From an uncultured Muribaculaceae bacterium (lineage in GTDB: Bacteria; Bacillota_I; Bacilli_A; RF39; UBA660), in contig CAZHBS010000002.1 in the NCBI GenBank assembly GCA_964530845.1, positions 20,778 to 84,777 of the forward strand: DNA of 64,000 nucleotides. The letters run 5' to 3'. The notes under the pieces are model-generated. The model was not told the DNA's origin. It did no database searches and saw nothing but the letters and a program-made list of their open reading frames with translations. How positions within the stretch are numbered: position 1 is the stretch's first letter; each line of letters opens with the position of its first letter. This document shows, piece by piece, positions 18,076 to 27,834 of the stretch. A program made the translations under genes and the position numbers.

Positions 18076-18512
18076 TACACTTCCTCACCATATCTCATAA
18101 AATATCTAGTTTCTGTTTCCTTAATAATATTAAAACCTAACTTTTCATATAAAGAAAAAGCTTTTCTATTTAATTTATAAACCCATAAATAAACAATATC
18201 ATTTTCTAAAATAATTTTATTAATTATATCAGTTCCAATACCTTTATTTCTATAATCCTCTTCTAAATAAATCTCATCAATTAATACTCCATCATTATTT
18301 TTATTAACTAATAAACACCCAATCTTTTTATTATTTATACATATTATTTTGTAAGTTTCCAACTCCAGAGGAATATTCTTTTTAACATATTCATTTATTT
18401 TCTCTAACTCTTCACTAGATAAATTATCAGCATAATCAAGAATACTCTTTAACTTATAATCAGTTAATCTATCAATATCACTTTTACTAGCACTTTCAAG
18501 TTTATAATCCAT
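18075..18512 (-). CDS. GNAT-family N-acetyltransferase
   Basis: YRNKGIGTDIINKII acetyl-CoA-binding motif; about 145 aa. Confidence 0.8.
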   Translation of the reverse strand: MDYKLESASKSDIDRLTDYKLKSILDYADNLSSEELEKINEYVKKNIPLELETYKIICINNKKIGCLLVNKNNDGVLIDEIYLEEDYRNKGIGTDIINKIILENDIVYLWVYKLNRKAFSLYEKLGFNIIKETETRYFMRYGEEV

Positions 18513-18515
18513 TAA

Positions 18516-19046
18516 TTATGCACTTCTTTCATTAATCACTTTTCTTAGTCTATTCTTATATCTAATAGGAAGTAACTTCTTTACTTTACCCTCTTCATCT
18601 ACTTGTACCTCTGGAATATAAATACCAGTTTTTAATTCAATATAATCAGCTACTATTCTTCTATGACAAAATTCATCAATAGGCTCATGACAAAGTAAAA
18701 TTATATCTCTTCCAAATTTACTTTCTAAAGTAGCAAGTAACTCAAATACATCTAAATCTTTAAGTCTTAAATCATAATAACTTCTAATATATTCATCTTC
18801 GATTTTCTTTCTATATTCAGTGTACTCCTTTAATCTTAAAGCATCCTGTTTCAATTTTAAAAGTTCTTCATACTTTTCAGCATAAGGAGTATAAGTAACA
18901 AGCCTTGGAGCTAGTTTTTTATAAGCAGGTCCAAAATACCCCCAAGCATTGCCTCCGTCCCCTGTAATTGAAACTGTATTACCACTTTTTACATCATAAT
19001 AATTACCTGTTCCTAAAATAATTTTTGAAATATCCAACTTTCCCAT
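18516..19046 (-). CDS. DUF488-family protein
   Basis: KKLAPRLVTY ... ILLCHEPIDEFCHRRIVADYI matches the DUF488 LAPS...LLC-E...CHR signature. Confidence 0.55.
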   Translation of the reverse strand: MGKLDISKIILGTGNYYDVKSGNTVSITGDGGNAWGYFGPAYKKLAPRLVTYTPYAEKYEELLKLKQDALRLKEYTEYRKKIEDEYIRSYYDLRLKDLDVFELLATLESKFGRDIILLCHEPIDEFCHRRIVADYIELKTGIYIPEVQVDEEGKVKKLLPIRYKNRLRKVINERSA

Positions 19047-19063
19047 AAATACCCTCTATATAA

Positions 19064-19519
19064 CTATTTTATTTTTTCTTCTAACTTGTTCAAAAAATAC
19101 AACTGGTTCTTTATAATCTTTTTCCTCGCAACATCAATACTCATCCATTCATATTTATCCATTTCAGGATACACACAAATATTTCCAGACCCCTTTGGAT
19201 TTTCTAATTCAAAAGTATTACTTTTACAGTTTCCTAAATCAAAATCAGCATTAGTATAAAACATTATAGCTAATTTTTTTCTACTAATTTTCTTTGTACC
19301 TAAATAATCAATTGCAGAATTTAATTCTAAATTAGTCTCTTCCCTAAACTCTCTTCTTGCAGTATCTATTGCCCTCTCACCTTTATTAATTTCTCCTTTA
19401 GATAAAGACCAACCACCTGCATCTACATCTTCCCAATAAGGTCCTCCAAAATGACATAATAAAACTTTTAAAACATCATTTTCAATTTTATAAGCTAAAA
19501 CACCTGCACTTCTTCTCAT
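19064..19519 (-). CDS. NUDIX hydrolase
   Basis: NUDIX box GEINKGERAIDTARREFREETNL. Confidence 0.8.
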   Translation of the reverse strand: MRRSAGVLAYKIENDVLKVLLCHFGGPYWEDVDAGGWSLSKGEINKGERAIDTARREFREETNLELNSAIDYLGTKKISRKKLAIMFYTNADFDLGNCKSNTFELENPKGSGNICVYPEMDKYEWMSIDVARKKIIKNQLYFLNKLEEKIK

Positions 19520-19577
19520 ACATCCATCTTCCTCAAATCTCTTGCAATCATTATAATTAGAATTAAATCCATCTCTA

Positions 19578-20117
19578 TTAAACTTCTTTTAAAATATCTA
19601 AAAATTCTGTATATCCAGACTCAGTATTTATATGTCCTCCATTTTTTATAATATATTGTTTATCAGTTAATTTATCTGCAAAATCTTTTTCTACATCAAA
19701 CTTAACATATGGATCATTATCAGAATAAAAACATACAATATCATCACAATATTTTTTTACATCATCAAAATTATCAATAAACATTGGTTCATTAACAGCA
19801 TCAAAATCTTTATCTATTCCCAAATAATTATTAAAACCACAGACAAAAATTAATTTATTAACTTTTATTTTATTTGTAATAAGATATTTACAAACAAAAA
19901 TAGGCGCAATACTATGAGCAATTATTATGGTATTCTCATCAATTTTTAATTTACTAAATTCTAAAGACCAACTATCAAAATTTTGTACTCCTACACCAAC
20001 TGGCATTTGTGGAACTACAACATTTCTATCTTTTTTCTCTAATTCATTTTTTAACCATGGAAACCAATTCCCATCTTTTGAACCAAAACTTCCATGCAAT
20101 ATAATATAATTCTTCAT
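19578..20117 (-). CDS. Alpha/beta serine hydrolase (YdeN/RBBP9-like)
   Basis: IILHGSFGSKDGNWFPWLKNEL and the nucleophile elbow AHSIA. Confidence 0.6.
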   Translation of the reverse strand: MKNYIILHGSFGSKDGNWFPWLKNELEKKDRNVVVPQMPVGVGVQNFDSWSLEFSKLKIDENTIIIAHSIAPIFVCKYLITNKIKVNKLIFVCGFNNYLGIDKDFDAVNEPMFIDNFDDVKKYCDDIVCFYSDNDPYVKFDVEKDFADKLTDKQYIIKNGGHINTESGYTEFLDILKEV

Positions 20118-20133
20118 AAATACACTCCTCTCT

Positions 20134-20592
20134 TTATTTTATTAATCCACCATTACATTTTAATTCATATATTTTTTTATCATTTTTATAAATAGATTCA
20201 ACTCCACTAAAATTATCTAAATCACCTAAAACTTCAAAAGTATATTTATACTCACCATTAATAAATTCTCTAGGTCCTCTAACAGGTATAATACCATCTT
20301 CACCAACATGCATTAAAGCAGGACGAAGAGCCTTATCCATTGCTTCTTCTCCCATAGATTCATCTAAAGTAACACCATAATAATTCATTCCCCAATAAAT
20401 TTTATTACTAATATAAACTACTTCTTCACCAATAAAGTTTGTTCCTCCAAAATAAGTATCATGATATATCATATTATCATGACTAAATTCATAGTCTTTA
20501 GAACCAACCCTTGAACTATTAACCTTCTCCACATTTTCATTCGCATAAGTTTGCATTTTAGCAAGTACTAAAAATTTTTCTAATTCTTTCAT
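20134..20592 (-). CDS. DUF5680-like protein
   Basis: The FLVLAKMQTYA ... YHDTYFGGTNFIGEEVVY ... WGMNYYG pattern is recalled from DUF5680 proteins. Confidence 0.45.
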   Translation of the reverse strand: MKELEKFLVLAKMQTYANENVEKVNSSRVGSKDYEFSHDNMIYHDTYFGGTNFIGEEVVYISNKIYWGMNYYGVTLDESMGEEAMDKALRPALMHVGEDGIIPVRGPREFINGEYKYTFEVLGDLDNFSGVESIYKNDKKIYELKCNGGLIK

Positions 20593-20603
20593 ATTAAACT
20601 CTC

Positions 20604-21083
20604 CTATATATAATTTTCTTCTTCTATTTTTTTAACAAATTTATATTTTTTATAAGCCATATCTATCGCATCATCTAATAATAAGTTCCCAGCTTCTTCA
20701 TAATTTAAATAACCTTTTACATTCTGAGTATTGACCAAAAATCTTTCATATATCTTACCAGTATCAACATCAACACACTTATTGTTAATCTCACTTATTC
20801 TTCCAATCATTCTAACTTGAGCATAACGCTCATCGTTTTCTTCTACTAATAAATATCCAAGATAATAAATTTCATCAAGTTCTATATTAACTTCTTCAAT
20901 AAACTCTCTTTTGAGTGTTTCCTCATAACTTTCTCCATCTTCAGGTCTACCACCAGTTAGTTTATATTTTCCATCTTCTATTCTAAGTAATATTCTTCCA
21001 TCCTCTGAAAACGCAACACCATAGACTTGTCTAACTTTTAAATTATCGGGAACTTCACATCTATTCCAAGTATATTTAACCAT
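20604..21083 (-). CDS. NUDIX hydrolase
   Basis: NUDIX box GGRPEDGESYEETLKREFIEEVNI. Confidence 0.8.
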   Translation of the reverse strand: MVKYTWNRCEVPDNLKVRQVYGVAFSEDGRILLRIEDGKYKLTGGRPEDGESYEETLKREFIEEVNIELDEIYYLGYLLVEENDERYAQVRMIGRISEINNKCVDVDTGKIYERFLVNTQNVKGYLNYEEAGNLLLDDAIDMAYKKYKFVKKIEEENYI

Positions 21084-21651
21084 TATTTGTCTCCTTACTT
21101 AAAATTAATTTTATTTTACTAACTGCATTCCCATAATTTATATCATTCAATAAATCATTAGAAGAAACCCATTTATAATTAGAACACTCTTCTCTATCTA
21201 AAACAGCATCACATACCTCATTAACAAAAAATAAATATCTAAAATCAAAATGATAATGTTCAGGCATATTTACTCTTTCATTAAAAGGAATAATATGTGT
21301 ATCAATATCAATTGGAATATCTCCATCATTAAAAATAGTAAAATTACTTAGTCCTGTTTCTTCAATTAACTCTCTTTTTGCTGCAGCAACTAAACTTAAA
21401 TCACTAGAATCAACATGTCCTCCAGGATATAAATACATCTTTAAATCTCTATGGTATAAAACTAAAAATTTATCTTCCCTCTTACAATAAACAAATGCCC
21501 CAACAGTAATATGCCCATTTGTATTATTCCAATCAAACCTACTCTTTGAATTATTTTTCTTTAAATAATTCTCAAAAATAGACAATCTATCTTTTTCATC
21601 AGGAAACTTTTCTAAATAACAAGTAACAATATCTTCTACAGTATTAATCAT
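21076..21651 (-). CDS. NUDIX hydrolase
   Basis: NUDIX box GGHVDSSDLSLVAAAKRELIEETGL. The start was trimmed to MINTVEDIV, preceded by TAGGTGAT. Confidence 0.75.
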   Translation of the reverse strand: MINTVEDIVTCYLEKFPDEKDRLSIFENYLKKNNSKSRFDWNNTNGHITVGAFVYCKREDKFLVLYHRDLKMYLYPGGHVDSSDLSLVAAAKRELIEETGLSNFTIFNDGDIPIDIDTHIIPFNERVNMPEHYHFDFRYLFFVNEVCDAVLDREECSNYKWVSSNDLLNDINYGNAVSKIKLILSKETNNG

Positions 21652-21711
21652 AATATCACCTAAACTACTAATTATTATAACATAAAAGAGTAGTATCAAA
21701 CTACTCTCAAA

Positions 21712-22767
21712 TTACTCATTATCTTTAGATATACTGCTAAGGATTTCAATAACTGTATCATGATTAAAATAATCATCATTTGAATTCCAAAAAGATATTC
21801 CATAAAGATCTTCATTATATTCATCATTAAAACTTAAATAAGCATTATTATGATATTTATCCCCAAGAAAATATTCATCAAAATATCCATTCAAATCATT
21901 TTCTAAATAATAAAAATTATCACTTGCAGATATAACGCGTTCAGTATACACTCTTGCAATATAATTAATTTTAATGTCATCACTCTTAGCAAATAAGTTT
22001 TGTTTAAAGTCACGATTTTTCTCATAGAATCTAACTAAATCAATAGTATTATTAATATTATATTTATCAAATAAGCTATTAATATCTAACCAAGGAAGAG
22101 TAGTACTTCTAATATCAAGATAATCCAAATTTTTTATATTCCATCTTGAATTACAAACAGTCATAAATGAACCATAATTATCTTCATCAACAAAATTCTT
22201 AATATATAAATTACACTCATCAGAAACAAGTGAAAATTTAGCCTTGTCAGTAATAAGTTCAAATCCTTCTGGAATATAAATATTTAAATTATTTAAAACC
22301 TTTGAATTAGCTTTACCATTATTATTTACTTCAATATTCTTAATTTCTACATTATAAGGAAATGCCTCTTTTGTAAGTTGAGGATTATCATCTATATAAA
22401 AATAATATGCAAGAAAACACTTATGAAGAAAATAAATTGCTATTAAAAATATAATAAAAGAAACAATCCTTCTAATTCTCTGATTTCTCATTCTATTATT
22501 ATATTCAACTACACTAATAAAATTTTCTTCAAACTTTTTTTGATAATCTTCATTATCTATCTTTTCTCCAGAAAGAAGTTCATTAATAGTAATATCCAAC
22601 TCCTTACATAGATCTTGAAACATAGAATAATCTGGTGAACTACCACCATTCTCCCACTTAGAAATAGTACGATTACTAACTCCTAACTTTTCTGCTAACT
22701 CTACTTGTGTTAAGTCTTTTTCTTTTCTCATCTCCTGAATAAATTTTCCAATCTTCTTCTGATTCAT
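21712..22767 (-). CDS. Membrane-anchored XRE-family HTH regulator (paralogue B)
   Basis: LTQVELAEKLGVSNRTISKWENG HTH, one TM helix at about aa 100-125, and a C-terminal domain of about 220 aa with no family I recognise. Confidence 0.8.
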   Translation of the reverse strand: MNQKKIGKFIQEMRKEKDLTQVELAEKLGVSNRTISKWENGGSSPDYSMFQDLCKELDITINELLSGEKIDNEDYQKKFEENFISVVEYNNRMRNQRIRRIVSFIIFLIAIYFLHKCFLAYYFYIDDNPQLTKEAFPYNVEIKNIEVNNNGKANSKVLNNLNIYIPEGFELITDKAKFSLVSDECNLYIKNFVDEDNYGSFMTVCNSRWNIKNLDYLDIRSTTLPWLDINSLFDKYNINNTIDLVRFYEKNRDFKQNLFAKSDDIKINYIARVYTERVISASDNFYYLENDLNGYFDEYFLGDKYHNNAYLSFNDEYNEDLYGISFWNSNDDYFNHDTVIEILSSISKDNE

Positions 22768-22811
22768 CTTCTACTACCTCCATATCATAAAATTGTAAAA
22801 AATAATTTAAT

Positions 22812-23891
22812 CTAAAATATATATTTAGGAGTTTCTTCTTTATCCATATAAGTACTACTAATATAATCTAATGTATTATCAGAATTAAAATAATCTTCAT
22901 TATTATTTTTATATGTTATTCCATATAGATATTCATTATCTTGATAATCGAAACTTAAAACAACATGATTATAATACTTATTTTTTTTATCTAAATGTTC
23001 TAAAAAGTACCCATTCAAATCTTTCTCTAAATAACAAAAGTTATCACTTGCAGGTAAAACTCGACTAGTATATTCTCTTGCGATATAATTAATTTTAATG
23101 TCATCACTCTTAGTAAACATATCTTGTTTAAAGTCTCGATTTTTCTCATAGAATCTGATCAAATCAATACTATTTTTAATGCCATATTTATCAAGTAATC
23201 CATAAACATCAAGCCAAGGAAAAGTAGTGCCTACAATTCCATCATATTCAAGATTACTAATATTACCACGCCTAGAACAAACATAAATCATCGCATCATA
23301 ATTTTCATCATTAATAAATCCTTTTGCATAAAAATCGCAATCATTATTAACATAATTAGACTTTGCCTTATCTGTTATTAACTCAAATCCATCTGGAATA
23401 TAAACATTTAAAAAAGTCTGAGATTTTGTATTAGCCTTATCATTTTTATTTACTTGAACTGTTTTTATCTTTGTATTATATGGGAAAAAATTTTTGGTAA
23501 GTTCTTCATTAACATCTGCATAATATACATACGCAATAAATATTTTATAAAAAAAGAAAATTAATACTAAAAAGACAACAAAAATAAAAAATCTTTTAAA
23601 CTTTTGATTTCTCAATCTATTATTATATTCAACTACACTAATAAAATTCTCTTCAAACTTTTTTTGATAATCTTCATTATCTATTTTTTCTCCAGAAAGG
23701 AATTCATTAATAGTAATGTCTAACTCTCTACATAAATCTTGAAACATAGAATAGTCTGGCAATCCTCTTCCATTCTCCCACTTAGAAATAGTACGATTAC
23801 TAACTCCTAACTTTTCTGCTAACTCTACTTGTGTTAAGTCTTTTTCTTTTCTCATCTCCTGAATAAATTTTCCAATCTTCTTCTGATTCAT
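22812..23891 (-). CDS. Membrane-anchored XRE-family HTH regulator (paralogue A)
   Basis: Same architecture as paralogue B. The first 95 or so residues are nearly identical to it. Confidence 0.8.
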   Translation of the reverse strand: MNQKKIGKFIQEMRKEKDLTQVELAEKLGVSNRTISKWENGRGLPDYSMFQDLCRELDITINEFLSGEKIDNEDYQKKFEENFISVVEYNNRLRNQKFKRFFIFVVFLVLIFFFYKIFIAYVYYADVNEELTKNFFPYNTKIKTVQVNKNDKANTKSQTFLNVYIPDGFELITDKAKSNYVNNDCDFYAKGFINDENYDAMIYVCSRRGNISNLEYDGIVGTTFPWLDVYGLLDKYGIKNSIDLIRFYEKNRDFKQDMFTKSDDIKINYIAREYTSRVLPASDNFCYLEKDLNGYFLEHLDKKNKYYNHVVLSFDYQDNEYLYGITYKNNNEDYFNSDNTLDYISSTYMDKEETPKYIF

Positions 23892-23989
23892 CTTCTACTA
23901 CCTCCGTATAATAAAATTGTATCAAAATAATAAAAAAAATAATACGAACAATCCGTAGACTTTAAAAAAAAAGACTAAAATTAGCCTTT

Positions 23990-24805
23990 CTAAATAAAAA
24001 TTTCTTTCATAAAAGTTTTTTCTCTTTCACATTCTTCAAATGCTATAGGATAATACTCACGACATTTATTAAATTCATAAATCATTTCAGCATTATCAGG
24101 AATACTTGCTAAAGCATCTATTGTCATTTCATAAAAAGGAATCATTGTACTTAAGTTATCTCTCTCAGCTGTTTGTTCTTCATAATGCTTTTTAAATTCT
24201 CCCGTAAGTTCACTTACTTTATAAGATGATACCACATCAAATCCATAATTTTCCCTAAAGAAAGAACTCTTAATAATTCTCTTAGTTAGTGTATCAACTA
24301 GATATAATTCTCCATCTATTTCTACCTCAACAAAAGGTCTCACATCATCAATTCTAACTCCTCTTGTAGGAGAAGTATAAAACACATTATAATGAGTCGC
24401 ATCAGGAAAAACTGAACCAACACAAGTATTAGGATCATATACACAATATCTCATATACTTACTAGGTGGTTTAGTTAAAAATAAAGAAATAGGAATACCT
24501 GCAGAAACAACTATACTCTTCTTCCTAAACTCTTCTTTCATCCATTGAGGAATACCACATATATTAGGATGTTTATCATAAACATAATGATTTAAATCAT
24601 CTCTAATACATAAATTATCAAAATCCAAAGACTCTTTATTTGGATCAATCAATCCTTTATAAACTAGTGCATCCATAATAGTTGCCTTAACTGCTTCTCT
24701 TTCTAAATCACTCATGTTAGGATGACTTTCTATATAATCTAAAATATGTTGACATCTATAAAACACTTCATTAACTAAAAAATCATAATCAACTAAACTC
24801 TTCAT
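23990..24805 (-). CDS. Hypothetical 271-aa protein
   Basis: ORF trimmed to MKSLVDYDF, preceded by GGGGTGAG. I recognise no family. Confidence 0.45.
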   Translation of the reverse strand: MKSLVDYDFLVNEVFYRCQHILDYIESHPNMSDLEREAVKATIMDALVYKGLIDPNKESLDFDNLCIRDDLNHYVYDKHPNICGIPQWMKEEFRKKSIVVSAGIPISLFLTKPPSKYMRYCVYDPNTCVGSVFPDATHYNVFYTSPTRGVRIDDVRPFVEVEIDGELYLVDTLTKRIIKSSFFRENYGFDVVSSYKVSELTGEFKKHYEEQTAERDNLSTMIPFYEMTIDALASIPDNAEMIYEFNKCREYYPIAFEECEREKTFMKEIFI

Positions 24806-24861
24806 AATCTCACCCCAAAAATCCCACCTATTATAACACATTTATAATAAAAATAATATAA

Positions 24862-25620
24862 CTAATCATGATAATTAAGACAATAAACATTAAGAGGACA
24901 ATTAATGCAATCTCTCTTATTACAAAAAGAGTTTCCAATTTCCCATAAATATTTATCAATATCACTTGGACTAATTCCAAGTCTTTTTGAAACACTAACA
25001 TAAGTATTAGAAATATTCTCAATATCTTTACTATTTACCTTTTTACTATTAATTACTCCAGTTAAATAACTAATCTCAATATCATGTCTATCTATTGGAA
25101 TACAAGATACTTCACTAAATTTACAAATATGTGCATCACATATAATTCTAATTAATAACCCACCTGTTTTTTGACCATAACCTTTAATACTTTTTATAAA
25201 AGAATTTAACTTATCAAAACTTTTAATATTACTTAAATAATCATAAATATTATCATAATTTGCTAAAACATTAGATAGATTAATCCATTTGTCTACCGCA
25301 ACATTTGGGTATCTTGGATGAACATTATTTATAATAATATCTTTTAATGAATCATAATCCATATTAATTACAATATTTGGATTAAAAATATTAGGATAAT
25401 TATTATAAGTATTAACTAAATTCTTGTGATAAATTATTGATCTCATTCCATAATCTAATAAACAAGAATAAAACATATATAATAAATACATATTAGTTCC
25501 ATATTTAATATTTGAAGGATAATCTATATTCGCAATTTCCCTATCATTTTTAAAATACTCATCTAATCTTTTAACAACATCAATACATCTTTTAGTATTA
25601 ATAACTAATTCATTACTCAT
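24862..25620 (-). CDS. HhH-GPD / endonuclease III-like DNA glycosylase candidate
   Basis: HhH-like IKGYGQKTGGLLIR, then IPIDRHDIEISY and a C-terminal four-Cys loop CNKRDCINCPLNVYC (C-x4-C-x2-C-x5-C). Confidence 0.5.
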   Translation of the reverse strand: MSNELVINTKRCIDVVKRLDEYFKNDREIANIDYPSNIKYGTNMYLLYMFYSCLLDYGMRSIIYHKNLVNTYNNYPNIFNPNIVINMDYDSLKDIIINNVHPRYPNVAVDKWINLSNVLANYDNIYDYLSNIKSFDKLNSFIKSIKGYGQKTGGLLIRIICDAHICKFSEVSCIPIDRHDIEISYLTGVINSKKVNSKDIENISNTYVSVSKRLGISPSDIDKYLWEIGNSFCNKRDCINCPLNVYCLNYHD

Positions 25621-25652
25621 TTATATTCAACTCTCTTAAACTCAAAATAATC

Positions 25653-26243
25653 CTAAACAATATAATCTTTATAAATATTCATATATTTTTTTATAGAACT
25701 ATCAACATCAATCCAATAATAATTTGTTAAAGTATCATCATATGGATCAATCTCTGATTTTTCTAAAACTCCTCCTAAAGCAAGTATTGTTTTATTAGAA
25801 CCAATATTATCATAAACACAATCAAGAAGTACTCTTTTGACTCCTAATTTTGACTCTTCTAATAAAGCATAATATAAAGCAATCTTAGCATAACCCTTTC
25901 TTCTCTCACTCGGTCTTATTCCATATCCTATGTGAGACCATCCGCATCTCATTTTCTCCTCTGTAACATTCCATCTAATATTAATCATTCCAATAATTCT
26001 ATTATCGCTTTCTCTAATTACGAAAAAAGTCCTAGATGGGCATCTATCATTTTCTAATGCATAATCAAAATCTTCTTTATTTTGAAGTTCAATAAGCCAC
26101 TCTTCATAACTAATTATATCAAGACATCTATCTAAACTCCCAGATCCATTTAAATCTGATTTATACTTAACATGCTCATCTAAATAATCAAGTGCTTCAT
26201 TCTTTCGCTTAATTGTAGGAACTTCTAAAAATAACTTATCCAT
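25653..26243 (-). CDS. GNAT-family acetyltransferase
   Basis: IGYGIRPSERRKGYAKIALYYAL and a GNAT C-terminal half. Confidence 0.75.
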   Translation of the reverse strand: MDKLFLEVPTIKRKNEALDYLDEHVKYKSDLNGSGSLDRCLDIISYEEWLIELQNKEDFDYALENDRCPSRTFFVIRESDNRIIGMINIRWNVTEEKMRCGWSHIGYGIRPSERRKGYAKIALYYALLEESKLGVKRVLLDCVYDNIGSNKTILALGGVLEKSEIDPYDDTLTNYYWIDVDSSIKKYMNIYKDYIV

Positions 26244-26245
26244 GA

Positions 26246-26650
26246 TTAATCATCCCCTAGATTATAATTCCATATTCCTAATTGACCTTTCGCAACTATT
26301 GGTTCATCAAGTACTTTAACATTTTTTAAAATCCAAGCATATCTTCCCTTAGAATACTCACCAGTTATAAATTCATTGTTATTATTTTTAATCTCACAAA
26401 CAAACTCATCAGTCATCAAAACACAATCAACTAATTCGCATTCACAAATTATCTTGCCATAATTTAATAATCTATCACCAACTAAGTCCATCAATTCTTT
26501 ATTATTTTTTGATTCTTTAGTCATCTTTGTAGAACTAGCATGAATATAAAGTTTTCCCCTATAATTAGTTTTCCAACTTCTAGTTTCTATTTTTTTAACT
26601 CCATCTTTTATTAAAGTTGCATAAGGCTCTGTTAAACTTAATACTTTCAT
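26246..26650 (-). CDS. ASCH domain protein
   Basis: The LSLTEPYATLIKDGVKKIETRSW...LYIHAS pattern is typical of ASCH/PUA-like proteins. The start was trimmed to the ATG after GGAGG. Confidence 0.65.
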   Translation of the reverse strand: MKVLSLTEPYATLIKDGVKKIETRSWKTNYRGKLYIHASSTKMTKESKNNKELMDLVGDRLLNYGKIICECELVDCVLMTDEFVCEIKNNNNEFITGEYSKGRYAWILKNVKVLDEPIVAKGQLGIWNYNLGDD

Positions 26651-26663
26651 ATTTTCCTCCAAT

Positions 26664-27230
26664 CTAATAATTAGTTCTTAATTCATATATTACAATTCTT
26701 TCATTATTAATCCCAACATTAATATCAAATAAAGAAAACTCAACAATAACATCTTTTAATTCATGTTCAATAATATATTGATATAAAAAATCAAAACAAG
26801 GAATATCATTAAGTCTATTATCAAATATATCTGTTTTTAAATTAAATTCAGGTTTCTTTAAAGCATCTCTAACTGATGCATAAGGATTAGTTGATAAAAC
26901 AGCATAAACTCCTCCATCAGATAAGATTTCAACTTCTCCAACTAATAATTGATTATCAGAATAATTAATAGAACTAACATTAATCGAAAATAAATCATAC
27001 TCTTTAATTTCATTAAAAACTTCATTACCTGGAACTTTTAATTTAAACACTCCACTAGAATTAGACTTATCTCTTATCGCATAATATTTAGCTGGATATT
27101 TATCTAAAAATTTCTTAATCTTTGAAACATCGTTATTTGTAAATAATCCCTCAGGTAATTTATTTAAACCTAATTTATTAATTGCTTCAATACTTTCTAA
27201 TTTATTATTAATTTTAATATTTTCACTCAT
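26664..27230 (-). CDS. Hypothetical 188-aa protein
   Basis: ORF only. Translationally coupled to both neighbours, with 1-nt and 9-nt gaps. Confidence 0.45.
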   Translation of the reverse strand: MSENIKINNKLESIEAINKLGLNKLPEGLFTNNDVSKIKKFLDKYPAKYYAIRDKSNSSGVFKLKVPGNEVFNEIKEYDLFSINVSSINYSDNQLLVGEVEILSDGGVYAVLSTNPYASVRDALKKPEFNLKTDIFDNRLNDIPCFDFLYQYIIEHELKDVIVEFSLFDINVGINNERIVIYELRTNY

Positions 27231-27239
27231 AATAACCTA

Positions 27240-27830
27240 CTATTCAAATTCAAAATCATTAACACTATAACCTAATTCTTTTAATGTATCAAAAATTACA
27301 TTAGGAGATAATCCAAGTAAAGTATTATAGTCACCAACAACTTGATCAATAAACAAAGATGCTTTTCCTAAAGGAACATAACCACAACATTTAAAGACTT
27401 TTTCCTCTTTATTAACATACCACTCAATTTCTTCATCAGTTATCTTTCTAAAATGAACATCCACTTTAGTTGAAAAAGAAATAGTTTTATCTTGATATAA
27501 ATCAATTATTGTAACACCAGTATAAGCAGTATTAACTTTACCTGATAACTCTTTCAAATTATTAATTGCTTCTTCCTTTGTTTTAGGTTTTTCATACTTC
27601 TTATCGTTTGCCCAAATAATCGTATCACACCCAATTATAATTGCTTTATCAGTAACTTTCTCCTTAACAGAATTTGCCTTATTTAAAGAAAGTTCTGCAA
27701 CATATTTAGAAGGATCTTCTAGACAACTATCCTCCTCTACATCACTAACTAAAACATCATATTTTAAACCAATCATTTTAAAAATATCTTGTCTTTGCTT
27801 TGATGAAGATGCTAAAATTATTTTTTTCAT
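27240..27830 (-). CDS. maf: Maf-family nucleoside triphosphate pyrophosphatase (divergent)
   Basis: KIILASSSKQRQDIFKMIGLKYDVLVSDVEE, IIGCDTI, KPKTKEEA and AYTGV. The usual DKAGAYGIQ segment reads FKCCGYVPLG. Confidence 0.75.
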   Translation of the reverse strand: MKKIILASSSKQRQDIFKMIGLKYDVLVSDVEEDSCLEDPSKYVAELSLNKANSVKEKVTDKAIIIGCDTIIWANDKKYEKPKTKEEAINNLKELSGKVNTAYTGVTIIDLYQDKTISFSTKVDVHFRKITDEEIEWYVNKEEKVFKCCGYVPLGKASLFIDQVVGDYNTLLGLSPNVIFDTLKELGYSVNDFEFE

Positions 27831-27834
27831 AAAA

